Source: Macrostomum lignano | Taxonomy: Eukaryota | Direction: 5' to 3' | NCBI GenBank assembly: GCA_002269645.1 | Contig: NIVC01001322.1 | Span: forward strand, 1-64,000 | DNA length: 64,000 nt | Shown: piece by piece, positions 1 to 11,950 of the stretch | How positions within the stretch are numbered: position 1 is the stretch's first letter | Layout: each line of letters opens with the position of its first letter | Notes under the pieces: model-generated | What the model saw: only the letters and a program-made list of their open reading frames with translations | Told to the model about the DNA's origin: nothing | The model's database searches: none | Translations under genes and position numbers: made by a program

Positions 1-712
1 ACTGTCCGCCGCCGTCTGGTACTGCTAGACTGCGACAACAAAAAACCGAAAGCGGCGCTGGAACTAGGCGAAGCAGCATGCAAGCTGGACACCCAGGACT
101 GGGCCAAGGACATCTGGAGTGACGAGAGCAAATTTTCCCGCACTGATTCTGATGGTCACCGTTGTGTGCGCGCCGAGCTGTTGAGTAATTTGATCCCAGG
201 TGAACAAATTGGTATCATGAAGCATGGAGGTGGCAATGTCATGGTGTGGGCTGCATTCTCCAGAGTTGGACCTGGGCCAATAACTCGCATTGAGGGCATC
301 CTGGACAGTCAGAAGTACCGTGACATCCTCAGCAGCCACCTATCAGAGGCAGCAGATGCGCTGCCACTGGGTGCAGTGAACAACTGGCAGTGGGACAGTT
401 TCAACAGGACAACGATTCAAAGGACACCCCCAACCCCCAAGGTTGTGAAGGCATGCATGGCTTGCTGAGAACAACAGCTGCACCGTGGACTGGCCAGCGC
501 AGTCATCAGATCTCAATCCGACTGACAATCTGTGGAACTGGGTCGAGCGGGACCTACAGAGGCAGCAGCCAACTTCCTTTGATCAGCTGACCGTATCATT
601 GAGGACTCGTGGGCTGCCATCCTGACAGAAGTGTGCCAGAAGCTGGTGGACAGCATGCCTAGGCGGTTTCAATGCTTTGATTAACTCAAAAGGACATACT
701 GCAAAGTATTAG
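1..712 (+). pseudogene. Tc1/mariner (DD34E-type) transposase remnant, frameshifted, 5' part outside window
   Basis: Motifs WSDESKF (115-135), KHGGGNVMVWAAFS, FQQDNDSK (QQDNDPKH-like, shifted frame), WPAQSSDLNPTDNLW (WPxQSPDLNPIENLW-like) and C-terminal LVDSMPRR...KGHTAKY* (stop 710-712). Confidence 0.85.
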
Positions 713-719
713 AGCAGTT

Positions 720-990
720 TGTTGGATAACTGTCCTGGCCTGGGCTGCGGACCTCCGCAGCAGGTCCAGTATGCGTTCTCCCACTGACTAAGCAGCACCG
801 ATTGTTTCCCTCACTGACTCACCCGAGTCACCGCTACTGCACGCTCCACATAGCTTCATATGCTACTACGCATCCCCTGTACGTTTGTGTTCGCGCCATA
901 CGTTCGTGTTCGCATATACGGTTCGGGCCTGGATCCGCTCCCAGGCAGAGCTTTGGACGAAACGTCAAGACTTACTTCTAAGTCATTACA
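720..990 (+). repeat. Probable 5' LTR of the deleted Gypsy element
   Basis: Starts TGTTGG and ends ...CATTACA just before a PBS-like motif; its last 27-28 nt recur at 2504-2531 with 1 mismatch. The left boundary is uncertain. Confidence 0.5.
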
Positions 991-2530
991 ACGGCGACGA
1001 GCTCAGCCTTTAGCCGCATTCCGGAGTTATCAAGGGACTCCGACTTCGAGTTTACATCGAGAGACTTGAACAATACTTCGTATGCGCTGAAGTCACTGCG
1101 GAGCCCACCAAAGTGGCCACACTTTGCACTGCCATCGGAGAAACCGCCTACACGGTGTTTCGCAACCTATGTCAGCCGGACAAGGTTTCAGAAAGGTCAT
1201 ACGACGGCCTAAAGAAAATTCTGCAAGACCATTACGCTCCCGCGCCATCCGAGATCGCCGCACGCTTCAAGTTCCAGCAGAGAATGCAGTTGCCGGGAGA
1301 GGACTTCGCCACCTTCCTGGCAGGGCTGAAGGCAGCCACTCTGCACTGCAACTTCGGCACGGCGCTGGAGGAGAGACTGCGAGACCAGGCCGTCTTCGGT
1401 CTCAGGAACTCTCAAAGCTGGAAATCTCAAAGCTTACTTACGCCCTGATGGTCGCGACGGTGTCATCGATGGAGGCAGCGCAGCGCTACGCGAGCGAGAT
1501 CGCGCTCAGAACGCCGGAGACCGTCGCAGCCATCAGCAAGGAACTGCTGCTGTCCTCGGGCGCGCTCGTGCACTACAACCCAGACTTGCCACTGTACCTG
1601 GAGTGTGACGACTCGCCATACAGTCTGGGGGTGGTCCTGTCGCACAAGATCGGCGGCCAGGGGCAGGCGATTACCTTCGCGAGCCGCAGACTGACCCCCG
1701 CTCAGCGCAACTAAGCGCAGCTGGACAAAGAGGCGCTCGCCATCATGTTCGGCCTGCCCGGTTCCACCAGTTCCTGTACGGCAGGCACTTTGTCATCGTG
1801 ACGGACCACCAGTCCCTACTTGGACTGCTTGGTGAGCGCAAGGCCATCCCGGCACACGCGCCGCAGCTCGCATGCAGCGCTGGGCCATCCGCTCGCCAGC
1901 TTCGACTACAGCCTGGAGCTCAGACCACGGCGCCGCACGGCAACTGCGACTCGCTCTCTCACCTTCCGCTCGGCACCCAGTTCATCGAGGAGCCAGCTGT
2001 GAACTGCCTCCTCATCGACGAAGACGTCGGTTCGGCCCTGACGGCAAAGGTAATCTCGCAGAGGACGCGGACGGACGCGCAGCTCGGCAGAGTGCTGCTG
2101 TGTCTGCAGTCGGGCGCCCGGATCCCAGCTGCAGGGGGCCTCGAAGCGTTCTCTAGCCGACAGCACGAGCTGAACATCGAGCAGGGCTGCCTGCTTTGGG
2201 GGTCCAGAGTCATCGTTCCGTCCGCCCTCCGCTCGAAGGTCCTCAGCGAACTGCACCAGGCCCACCCTGGAGCCAGCCGCATGCGGGCGCTCGCTCGCAG
2301 CTACGTGTGGTGGCCCGGCCTGGACAATGACGTGGAGGACTCCGTCAAGGCGTGCGAAACCTGCCGGCTCAACCAGGCCGATCCGCCCAAGGCGCCTGTG
2401 CACCCGTGGCCCTTCTCATCGGAGCCGTGGTCCCGGCTACACGTCGACTTCGCTGGCCTGTCGACGGCCGCACCTTCCTGGTGCTTATCAACCCGCACAG
2501 TAAGTCAAGACTTACTTTTAAGTCATTACA
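720..2530 (+). mobile_element. Internally deleted Ty3/Gypsy LTR retrotransposon (gag, RNase H, integrase N-terminal part)
   Basis: Gag (ERLEQYF...ARFKFQQRMQLPGE); RNase H region (LVHYNPDLPLYLECDDSPYSLGVVL, TDHQSL); integrase Zn finger (HPGASRMRALARSYVWWPGL...CETC), truncated after WSRLHVDFAG. PBS-like CGGCGACGAG at 992-1001. LTR 3' end repeated at 964-991 and 2504-2531. Confidence 0.85.
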
Positions 2531-2989
2531 ATAACAGTGCATTTTCTTTACTTATTTCCCTAGTACACTGTATTCATGTATGGTCTTATTTCAATGTTAA
2601 ACCTAAAACTGTGCTTCCCATTCAAATATCAGCTTTTCGAACTGAAAATGGCTGGAAAGTGAACTAAAACACCATACAAAAATCATAAAATAATATCCCT
2701 ACAACTTTTAATTCCAATTTAATACTTGAATTTAGCCTAAAGACAAACATGCCAAAAATAACATAATTTTACTTAGTGGTTTTAATTCATTGTGCGCCAC
2801 GGTATGTAAGTAGATGTAAAAGTAGACAATACACGAGCGTACATAAAGAAGCAGATATTTAAATTTAGCCGGCTTAGGATAGCATCTTGGCAGACTACTT
2901 ACTTTTTTATGAAAGTAGAATAATATGCGTTTTTGCGACAAAAAATCTTAAAAACCCAATTACGAGCCAAGTCTACCTGCGCATTGCCT

Positions 2990-5680
2990 CCATTGCCTTT
3001 TAGGTAATGATGTCAAGACAGTTGAAATAAGAAATGACGGAGTCAGAATAGTTTACAGACTTTAAATAATTGTATTGAACGCTGTTAATGGTGTTTGAAC
3101 TTTTTATTTTATTATCAATTATTGAGATCACATTTTGAGTCCAGTTCAGTTTAGTTAGTTGCGTTCCGGTCAGTTTAGTTGAATTTAGACCTTTATAAGG
3201 ACTAAATCGAATATCTCAATTGCAAATGATCCTCCACATTTTAGACCGTATTGGGCATTTTGACATTGCTGGTTACAATAATCTTGGGTCAACGCAGTTC
3301 CCCTAATTATTTCATTGCCACAGTAGCATCGGTTGCCGTTTGCTAGACCAAATAACTTTGCGCTTTTTTTAAGGCAGCTTCTGGCACAATTTTCCTGGTT
3401 CATGACTGGGAAATTTTCTTTCATTTCAAAATTTAGCACCAGTTCAATGGGGTCCCACATAAAGCATCCCTTTGACGGCGCTGAAATGGCGAAACATGAG
3501 CGAGAAAAAAATTTTGGCGGCTAGCTAACTTGACACTTACTAAATGACATGATGTAGTTAAAAAACTGTTTCACTTACCTGGCACCAATGGAATGGTAAT
3601 GCCTGTCACATTGTAGACGCTCATAGCGTTCAAACCACCACATCTTGTCTCTTCTTTTGCACTACATCTTTGATTGCATCTGTTTGGTGTAATTTTCAGA
3701 GTTAAGAGATCGTTTCCACAATAGCATTTATTTTGGGTTATTCCAAAAAACCTTTTTCCCAAAACTTGACAGTTGGGCAAACAGAGGTAAGGAGCCATTC
3801 TAGTGGATTCTTGACTAAAAAATTTTAGAGCCTCGGATTCACCTCTCTTGTGCACAAAGCAACCTGCATAATGTTCTGAAATGGTTTGATAGATTAGAGA
3901 CGTATTTAATCAACTTGTTTATAACTCAGTTACAAACTCAGTTACAAACATTTACTAAAAGCTGCCTTAGCCAGCAAAAAATTGGAATGAAGACCCAGAC
4001 AGTAGACGTTGTTGGGGCTTGCAATTTGATTGAATAGTGATTGGGGGTACTTGATAACAAGTGATTTCCAAGCTTAAGCATAAAGATGAGCATAAAGAAA
4101 GAGTAAATAAAAAGGCAAAAAGTTGGACGTCGGGCAGACCAAAAGGGTTCTACACTTTGATCTGTAAACACCCCCTTCCACACAAGCTGCTATGTAGAGA
4201 TAGCTATAATACATTGGGCCTATTTAACTGATCTACGAGTATTTATGGGCTGGGGCATCAAATGGCTGGGAACTTACTGATTTGATCTGAAATTAAGGTG
4301 GAAATTTATTACTTTTGAAAAACGTAGATTCTCATTACATAAAGTTTACAGGCCACGTGCAAAGCCTCTCTGTATGGCCCTCGGGCCCTTTAAAACTTCA
4401 CAATAGCAATCCGGCCCGCCAATATTTATACTCTTCTCTCTAATCTCCTCTCTCTTCCTTTCATCTCCTCGCCTCTCCTCTTTTCTCTCTTCTTTTATTC
4501 ATCACTCCTCTCCTGTCGTCTCATTTCTTCTCATTTATTCACTCGCCTCTCTTTTCTCATCCCCCTTCTATCTTCTCTATTCTCTCTCCCCTCTCCCCCC
4601 CAGCCCGCAGCCATGCTCTATAGGCTATCTATCTGCCCCTTGAGGTAAAAACGTCAAGATCAAGATCTCAGGCGTGCTTTGGCTTATTCAGTACTGACTG
4701 AATTCGGCTGAAATTTAAGGCGCAAACTTAGCATTAATTAAAAAATAGAATAGCTTCATGTACGTACGAATTATAACAACCAAAATCAAAACAGACTCTT
4801 ACCACCGGCAGCGAAGACGCCCGGAGCAGCAACGAGAATAATCATAGCGAGAGAAAAATACATATTGTTTTTTGCTTGGGATATTTTTATTAGACTTTAT
4901 AGAGTTCGTCGAAAACTTGATTCGGCAGTCTCGTAGGTTTCATTCTTTTATAGAAAAGAATTCCTGAAAATATTTTTCCACGTTGAATTTAAAAAATTCA
5001 ACACTCAAATTTTTTCTTGTAATTAATTTAAATGTTTTGACTTTTTTGAGCCTCTCATTTGGAATTTAAAATGCTTTTAGTATATACGCTTGCAGTTGAA
5101 GTAATCTTGCAATGTAGCTAAAGCAAATTGCCATTCAAATTCCATTCAAAATTACAAACTTCGGTTTTTCTAAACTTTTCGTTTTTGAACGACAAATTTT
5201 TTATTAGGAATTCTATATTTTTTGCATTACTTAGTTTTAACTTTTTTAGGAAACTTCCGTAATAAACTTTCAACTCATTTTTTAGCTAAATTATAATTAT
5301 GTTATTCCCATCTTACATAACAAAAGCATAAAATACCTCTATACCTATACTTATGATAAAGTCATCATTTTTCAAAATCATAGGTTTTTTTGAAGCTAGG
5401 TTCAAGCTTGATTCAGTTGGAGGGCCAATATGTCAGCTCTGTGTTGTACTGCTCACAGCCAGTGCACGAGAGGTGCTCTTCCTGACGCTGCAGACGACTC
5501 TCAGCCGATGACAGACGAGCAGTCGGAGCTTTGTCGAATTGGAAGTACCTCTTGCACCTGGATACTTGGCCCGGAAAGCCGCGGTCGATTCCTCTTCCCT
5601 CTTCAAGTATGCAGCTAAAAGTATTGATAATGTAACAGCGGTCAGGCCCCAATTCAGATCTTCATGCACGCCACAGAATC
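2990..5680. repeat. Copy 1 of a local segmental duplication containing the WSC gene
   Basis: Colinear similarity with about 12950-14772 and 45901-46130, e.g. GTATTGATAATGTAACAGCGGTCAGGCCCC near 5622 vs near 46085; AATTCCATTCAAA near 5137 vs near 45989. Confidence 0.8.
3185..3900 (-). CDS. Two-WSC-domain protein, paralog 1 (exons about 3579-3900 and 3185-3480; 5' end unresolved, possibly disrupted)
   Basis: WSC cysteine patterns YAGCF...CLPNC...NKCYCGN...CNQRC...CGG and KGCF...CARSC...NRCYCGN...CNQQC...CGG. GT-AG intron 3481-3578 (G|GTAAGT ... TTTCAG, phase 1) joins the frames. In-frame stop near 3910. Confidence 0.75.
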
Positions 5681-5752
5681 CTCGCCCTTGAATCGTAAGC
5701 AGCCCATTCAACAAATAAAGTTACATGCCACCTGCAAGATCACCTTAAATCA

Positions 5753-5862
5753 TCTCTTTCTCTCTCTCTCTCTCTCTCTCTCAGTCTGACTCACGCCACG
5801 AGTGGATGTACAAAGACCCATACTCAGCCTAGGCAGGATCCTGCCCTCTCTCTCTCTCTCTC
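5753..5862. repeat. Two (CT)n microsatellites (5753-5782, 5846-5862)
   Basis: Direct reading. Confidence 0.9.
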
Positions 5863-6584
5863 GGCAAGTTGATTCGGTCAGTCTGGTTCCAACATGCTCT
5901 CCCACTCAGATCCACACCAACTCCGGTTAACTGTCCACTGGCTTACTACACAAGTTAGTGCACTTGCTGCTGCTAGTGCACATTTTATTAACCCAAAACA
6001 ATATGCATGTACTGATACGAATAGCATTTAATCAAATGCTAATTTTAGAAAAGTAATACCCCATACTATACTAATTGGGTTAAAAAACCAAGGGTCCATG
6101 AAGAGGAGGGGAACAAAGAAAAAAGATTTTGCTTTAGTGAGCGCGAATGTCGAAAAACTCTACAGTCCGATCTCCTGAAATAGGCTCTTTTGCTTACGAG
6201 CCCTTCACTCAAGTTGATAGTTTGTGCTCGGAACTGCATGTGGCCCATTAAATTCCAATCTAAATCGAACTAAACTAATCTACGGGTTATGAGTTTTAGA
6301 TGATCCAAGTCAACATCTATCCAAGGACCACAGGAATATATCTAGTCTAGTAGTCCTTGCTTCTATCTTCTGTATGGTCGAGCAGCCCCACTTCACGTTA
6401 CTACCTTAAAACTTGATTTTAAACCAATGAATTGAAAAAGCTGGAGGACTAAAGAGCCGTCAATCACTAAGTGCTACCAATTTGTTTTTATTTCTAGGAA
6501 TTTTTGCAAGTCTTCCTGAGTAAACTTCTGAGTAAACTCCCTAAGCCACTTCCTCCCTGAAAAATTAGGCCCAGACTAAAAGTT

Positions 6585-6850
6585 TGGGGGTTCGATTCTC
6601 GACCCACTCGAAACAATTTGTGTCCTTGAGCAAGACACTTAACTCTGCGTTGCTTCAGTTCACCCAGCTGTAAAATGGGTGCCAGCATTAGCTGAGGTAA
6701 TTGAGGGTGCGTGGCGACCCTCCAGTCCTTGGACTGAACAGCCGTACGCAGCCTTCAGATGCACGACGCAATAGCTGCGACCGAGCTGTTGGTTGCGCAT
6801 CTGCCCATTAGGCCGGGTTTCATCAGCAATAATTATATTATTTGTTATTA
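6585..6850 (+). mobile_element. tRNA-derived CORE-SINE-like element, copy 1
   Basis: B-box-like GGTTCGATTC (6589-6598); TGTGTCCTTGAGCAAGACACTTAACTC...CAGCTGTAAAATGGG resembling the MIR/CORE domain; (TTA)-rich tail; two more copies in the window. Confidence 0.7.
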
Positions 6851-7489
6851 CTGAGTAAATAAATCATGCCTTTGGACTCGTTATGGAGGGCCTGGCCCGC
6901 CTCCACAAACACTAGCAGAAACGGATCGTGAATTAAAGTCCGAGCAGAAAACTTGTAATAGAATTTTTTTTATTTGGGATTCGCATTCAAGAAGCTATTA
7001 GGTTTTGTTGCAAACTTAATAAAACATTTTTATATTTAGCTGTAGCTAAGGCTGAACTTTTTTTCACTGGTTAATGCGAAGAGGCAGTGAACAACTAACA
7101 ATTTTTACGAGCTAGTTCAGTTACTACCAGTAGGTGTCTTTGGGGCCCTCATACGAGTATTGACCTACATTAATCACAGGAAATTAAATGTTGGGGTCAG
7201 AGAGCTAAGTGGCATTACGCACTCGTAATTCCTAGTGCCAGTGCTAAAACAGATTGGGGAGGACTACAAACTGAATTCACACGTAATGCACCCAGCTGCA
7301 CCTTTTTATACTTGCCGCTTCATCCCTCTTTTAGTCTATCAAGGTATGGGATAATGTATGATCGATGCTTAGATTTGAACAATATAGTACACACACAAAG
7401 AGATCAAATTATGTGTTTCCAATTCCTACGAATACAGCGGAAATAGCAAAGAAACAATAAAAATAAAGGAGTTGACTTAGCTTCATAAC

Positions 7490-8080
7490 AACAACAAAAG
7501 CAACAAAAAATAGGCCGTCAGCCAGTCAGGTGAGTCATGAGAGTAGAGACATCACAGGGCTAGCTTGAGGGCCTGAACACGAACGTAGGCCGCAGGGCCT
7601 ACGCTTACGGCAGTCTTTGAAACGACGAGTGCGAGGCCTGCCCCCGCCCGTAGGGTTGCCTGCAGCGTCAGCAGCAGCACCTCCTGCCCCGGCTGTGGGC
7701 AGTAGGACTCTGCACGGATAATGTGGCCTGCCAGCTGGAGACGCCGATGGCGCAACAGTTCGCGGCAATAGAATGCCGCATTAGGGACGTGCTCGCAGCC
7801 GAACTGGAAGGTGGCGCGCAGCAGGCCCAGCGTGCGCCGCATCGACCTGCTTTTCAGGCGATTCCGTCAGCATTCAGGTCTCCGCGTTGTACAACAGGAC
7901 GGTGTCGATTACCGCCTGGAACAGCGACGCCCTCTGGCGGTTGGGCAGGGCTTCGTACTGCAGGACAACTCTCACGGAACGGAAGGCAGCCCAAGCAAGT
8001 CCACGGCGACGTCGTAGGTCCTCGCAAACGTCAGGCACCAGACCGCCAAGGTAGACGAACTGCTGACAGCACTTAGCAGG
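7490..8080 (-). mobile_element. RTE-like non-LTR retrotransposon 3' fragment (RT C-terminus)
   Basis: Minus-strand FVYLGG...RRRGLAWAAF...LLYNAET*...RRLQLAGHIIR...GRPR, with a stop and frameshifts; (TTG)-like tail near 7490. Confidence 0.75.
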
Positions 8081-9199
8081 GAGAAGTTGCCTGGCAATAC
8101 TATCAGCTACAAGACAATTAACGCACCAAAATGCAGTGGATTTTCAAATTAAGTTCATAACTCTCCAGAGCCTCTACGCCTCCAGTTAAAAACGGATGCA
8201 CCAAATATGCCACTGCGCAATTTAAGTGTCTCAAGAAAATGATTGAATTAGTACTATTTATTACGAACCATCTGTAAAATAAATCAAGTCTCCATAGCGC
8301 TATTTTGAATATTTGTTTGAAGTAATAAATTTAATGAAGTAGACTTGGTTTTACGTTATTGTTTAATACTTACCTCATTAATTATTCAATACGTTCACTA
8401 CTTGATCCATTTCTTTCATTTCGTACATGATACTCTATCACTCCTCAAGCATGTTCTTCATCAGAATACTTACTATTTTTCGCCTTTACTTAGTCTTAAA
8501 CCAGGGGCGTAGCCAGGATTTCAGATGAGGGGGCACGTCTAAGGGGGGCGCCAAGTCTGCTGGCAAGGGGGTGTCATGTTTTGCCAGCCGACTGCCAGCC
8601 GGCTTCTTTTGCCCCATCCATGGTTACGACCTGCTATTGCTTCTTTATTTTACTAAGAAACTACATACTCTTATAAATCTTCTCTCCTTGCTTACAAATA
8701 TTCCATTAGACTCCCGTCTTGGCTTTAGCGTAGTATTATATTGTGACAGTGTGGTTCGTTAAAGGCATGTACATATATCATATCGTATTTCATTATTTCG
8801 CTCGCATACCGTACTTCTTGTAATCATTCATTCATTTTAACAATATTCTATACGTGTTAATATTGCGCTTATGTTTCTTTTTTGTATTTGTAATTTATTT
8901 TCGCCTCGCATGTATTTATTTTATTATTTGTATTTCATGCATATCGTGTTACTTCTCATAAAGTAGTTCGTATCTATGTACATGTATTTACTTTACAAAA
9001 ACAACAACAGGCACGAGGAATGGACCTCGGGGGGACTGTTATCTGTCGTGGCGCGTTCCGTCGGACCTTCACGACCGAAGCTACAACGAAGCTGACTGGA
9101 GTATGAGAGATGCTGGCGAGCGCGGCCCGGCTGACTCGGCTCGGAGTAGATAAACGCGCAGTGGTGACGTCGAATCCAATCCAGGACCGGCCGGAACCG

Positions 9200-9500
9200 A
9201 GTGCGCCACGTGTGGCAAGGGACTCAGGAAGACCTGGTTGACCTGTGCGGAGTGTCGAGATCGGGTGCACCAAAAGTGCGCCGGTAGTACGAGAAGCGCG
9301 ACGGCGCAGTACCTGATGGGGCGGGACGTGTGGTTGTGTAGGGTTTCTCGCCGCAAGAGGCCAACGTCGAGTGCAAACGGTGCCACTCCAGGATCAGGGC
9401 GATCGCGAAGGCGGTCAACTGCTCTGGCTGTAAAAGCGCCTGCCACAAGGCGTGCACGAGCCTCACCCGGCGCCAGTTGAAGCTGCCGGGAAACAATGAG
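9200..9500 (+). mobile_element. PHD-finger-like fragment, probably a LINE (CR1/L2-type) ORF1 remnant
   Basis: CATC-x10-CAEC-x4-HQKC...WLC, then in a shifted frame CKRC...CSGC...CHKAC. Confidence 0.5.
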
Positions 9501-9504
9501 GTAA

Positions 9505-9600
9505 GAGCCCTGAAGCACCCCAGAGGATGTCTCAAAGAAATCCGATAGGCTGTCCAGTGTTAGCACAGCAGCGTTAAGCACAGTAGCGGCACAGGGCCAT
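9505..9600 (-). mobile_element. Short non-LTR RT fragment
   Basis: AVLTLDSLSDFFETSSGVLQG matches the S..F....GVxQG RT motif. Confidence 0.55.
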
Positions 9601-11494
9601 GACGGCGGAAATCAGCTGCTTTTTACTTTTATTTTTTTATTTTACTTATTTACTTTTACTTTTATTTTATTTGTTTTAATCATTTACTTTGCAGTATTCT
9701 AGCACTACTCGATTAATTTGTACATTGCGCCTGGGGTTTGTCTGATTAGCTAGCTTGTTTTATCAATTTTTGTCATATTTACATGTTAATTTTAAATATG
9801 CACTTGCAGTCAGCAGCCGCTTTCTCACTTCTTCTCTGCTCGCGGGCCCTTAGCCGTCTGGCTTTCCTCGCCCTCACAAGTTTACCCTTCCGCCGCCTAT
9901 TTCGGCCCACCAATCAACAGGGTCCCGACCGGCCTTCGCAAGGCGCAAACAGAGCCCATTGCATTAAAGTCCATCGTACCAATTTACATTACGCTAGTGT
10001 GAAATCGCGGCTGCTGATACTGGATCGTTGACTCAAATAAAATAAAATTAAACTATTCGCTACACAAAGTCTTCCGCCTTAATCGTCACAATTTACTTTT
10101 CTTTCTAATCTAATTGTGAAAATTTACTTTTCAGTCCAATTTACTTCAGGTTTTGTTTACCTCTCATCCTAACTATTACCAAGTTTTTGTTTGAGTATGA
10201 GTTTGCAAAAATAGTTCCGGGGATTCAAATTTCGCCGGATTCAAAATCCGCGGGTTTTAACAACATGCTTTTTGTTATATTTATGATAGCAAAACGTAAC
10301 ATCCTTCCGATATGAAATTTCTCTTGCTGTGCTTTGCGTCATCGATTTTTCTGCGTCTTAATTTTCGCAATTCTTTTCTTCTCAATTTTCATCTTAAAAT
10401 GTCTGATTTTTCAATGACATTTTAAGATAAAAATTTATTAGGAGAGAGACTCTTCGAGAGACTCGAGAGACGCCCACGAGAGGCCAACTGCCCAGAGCAC
10501 ACAGAGTGTACATGTTTGATGATTTGAAAGTCAGAGCCGATGTATATCCTGTACTGGGCATCACTGATTGCCTCTTTTTGGCTGTGATAATTTTTTTAAC
10601 ATTGCGTATGACGTTCTAGTACGTATTGAAAGCAACAGCTATTGCTTGTCACGGAAAATTATTACGATCAATTCTGCATCATCCACTATCGAGACATCTT
10701 CCCCATCACTGTAAACTCTATACTGTAAAACTCTATACTGTAACACTAATTTTGAATACTAATCTCTAATTAGTTGCTCACATTTATATAATATAGCTAA
10801 TACAAATTGTCGTCTCTTTGTACATCACAACATACTTTGTGTTTTGTTGGTATTTTAATGACAACTGCCCCTAGCTCTTCTTATGCATATGATGAGGACG
10901 CACTTTTTCCCAAATCCCGCGCTAGCACATGGGCTCTAAACTTACTAGCCTACTAACAGTGGGCAATGGGCATTTTTATCCTTTTTCTGCGGATTGTCAT
11001 AGAATCTGTACTAGATATAATGTTTGGTCATACTAGTAGTCATAATAACATAGGCGCAGCTTTTTGGGTCATAAATCATCGCTTTCGAAGCTGGTCTGAC
11101 AGCCACCTGCGCCTCACTCAGTGTTGAGGCGGGCGCCAGATGGTCTGAGGGGATGCGAATGATAGCTTTTTTCTCATCATTTGACAGACCATCAAGATTT
11201 ATGAGGTCAGAGCCTATTGTTCGTGTTCACTCAAGCGTGTGACAGTTTTGACAGCTATGCATTTTACCCCTATAAGTACTTTGGGATTAGCAATTAGCGA
11301 TTTCTCTTCATTATCTTCACTTTCTATTTGATAAGAGCTTTCTAATGTATATTTTTCATTAATTTTTTTCAATTCTACGCGAAAAGTCATAAATCATTTT
11401 GTTGCGATTTTGATTGATTTATGGCCGCACCTGTCATGTTTTTAAGACCCCGGAGGAACTGATAGGATCTCCCGGTCACGTGATTCTGGGTAGC

Positions 11495-11950
11495 AACGAG
11501 CTTAGCCAATCTGAAAATTCGACGCTCATTTTAACAAATCGGCTCAGCCAATCAGAATCGACGTGTCTCATTATAACAAACTGCGGTCCAGTTGGCGGCA
11601 ATTTAAACTGGTGTTTTTGGCCCGCAAGGACTTCATCCCGTTCCCGTTCCCGGTGCCCGCTACCCTTGGCTCCACCGGCCAGGAATTGACCGTCGTTTCT
11701 TGATCCCCGGATTGCGACTTCCCCCCATCATCATCAAGGACGAATTCCCTCGGTCATCAGCAGTGAACATCAAAGTTAAGAGCATCACCTGCTAGCTATC
11801 TGCGAAGATTGTGACATCAGCATCATCCCGCGCCTACAGCTGCGAAGCACTAAGCCGATTCGGTCACTGTGGATTGCCTGGTCTCCGGCTGTTGAGTTTC
11901 TGATTGGTTGGGTGAGAGGCTGCCTAGACTTGCTTGATTGGGTGATTCCT
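11495..11950. promoter_or_regulatory. Cluster of four CCAAT boxes in two divergent pairs
   Basis: AGCCAATC near 11504 and 11546 (+); CTGATTGGTT near 11901 and TTGATTGGGT near 11934 (-). No linked gene identified. Confidence 0.3.

Noticed and set aside
964-2531. 28-bp direct repeat read as a target-site duplication
   Set aside because: The first copy directly precedes a PBS-like motif, so it is better explained as the LTR 3' end
5410-5615. GC-rich insert in duplication copy 1 with short open frames
   Set aside because: No recognisable motif or splice context; probably TE debris
8502-8555. CAGGGGCGTAGCCAGGATTT, a MITE-like terminus
   Set aside because: No matching opposite end found in the window
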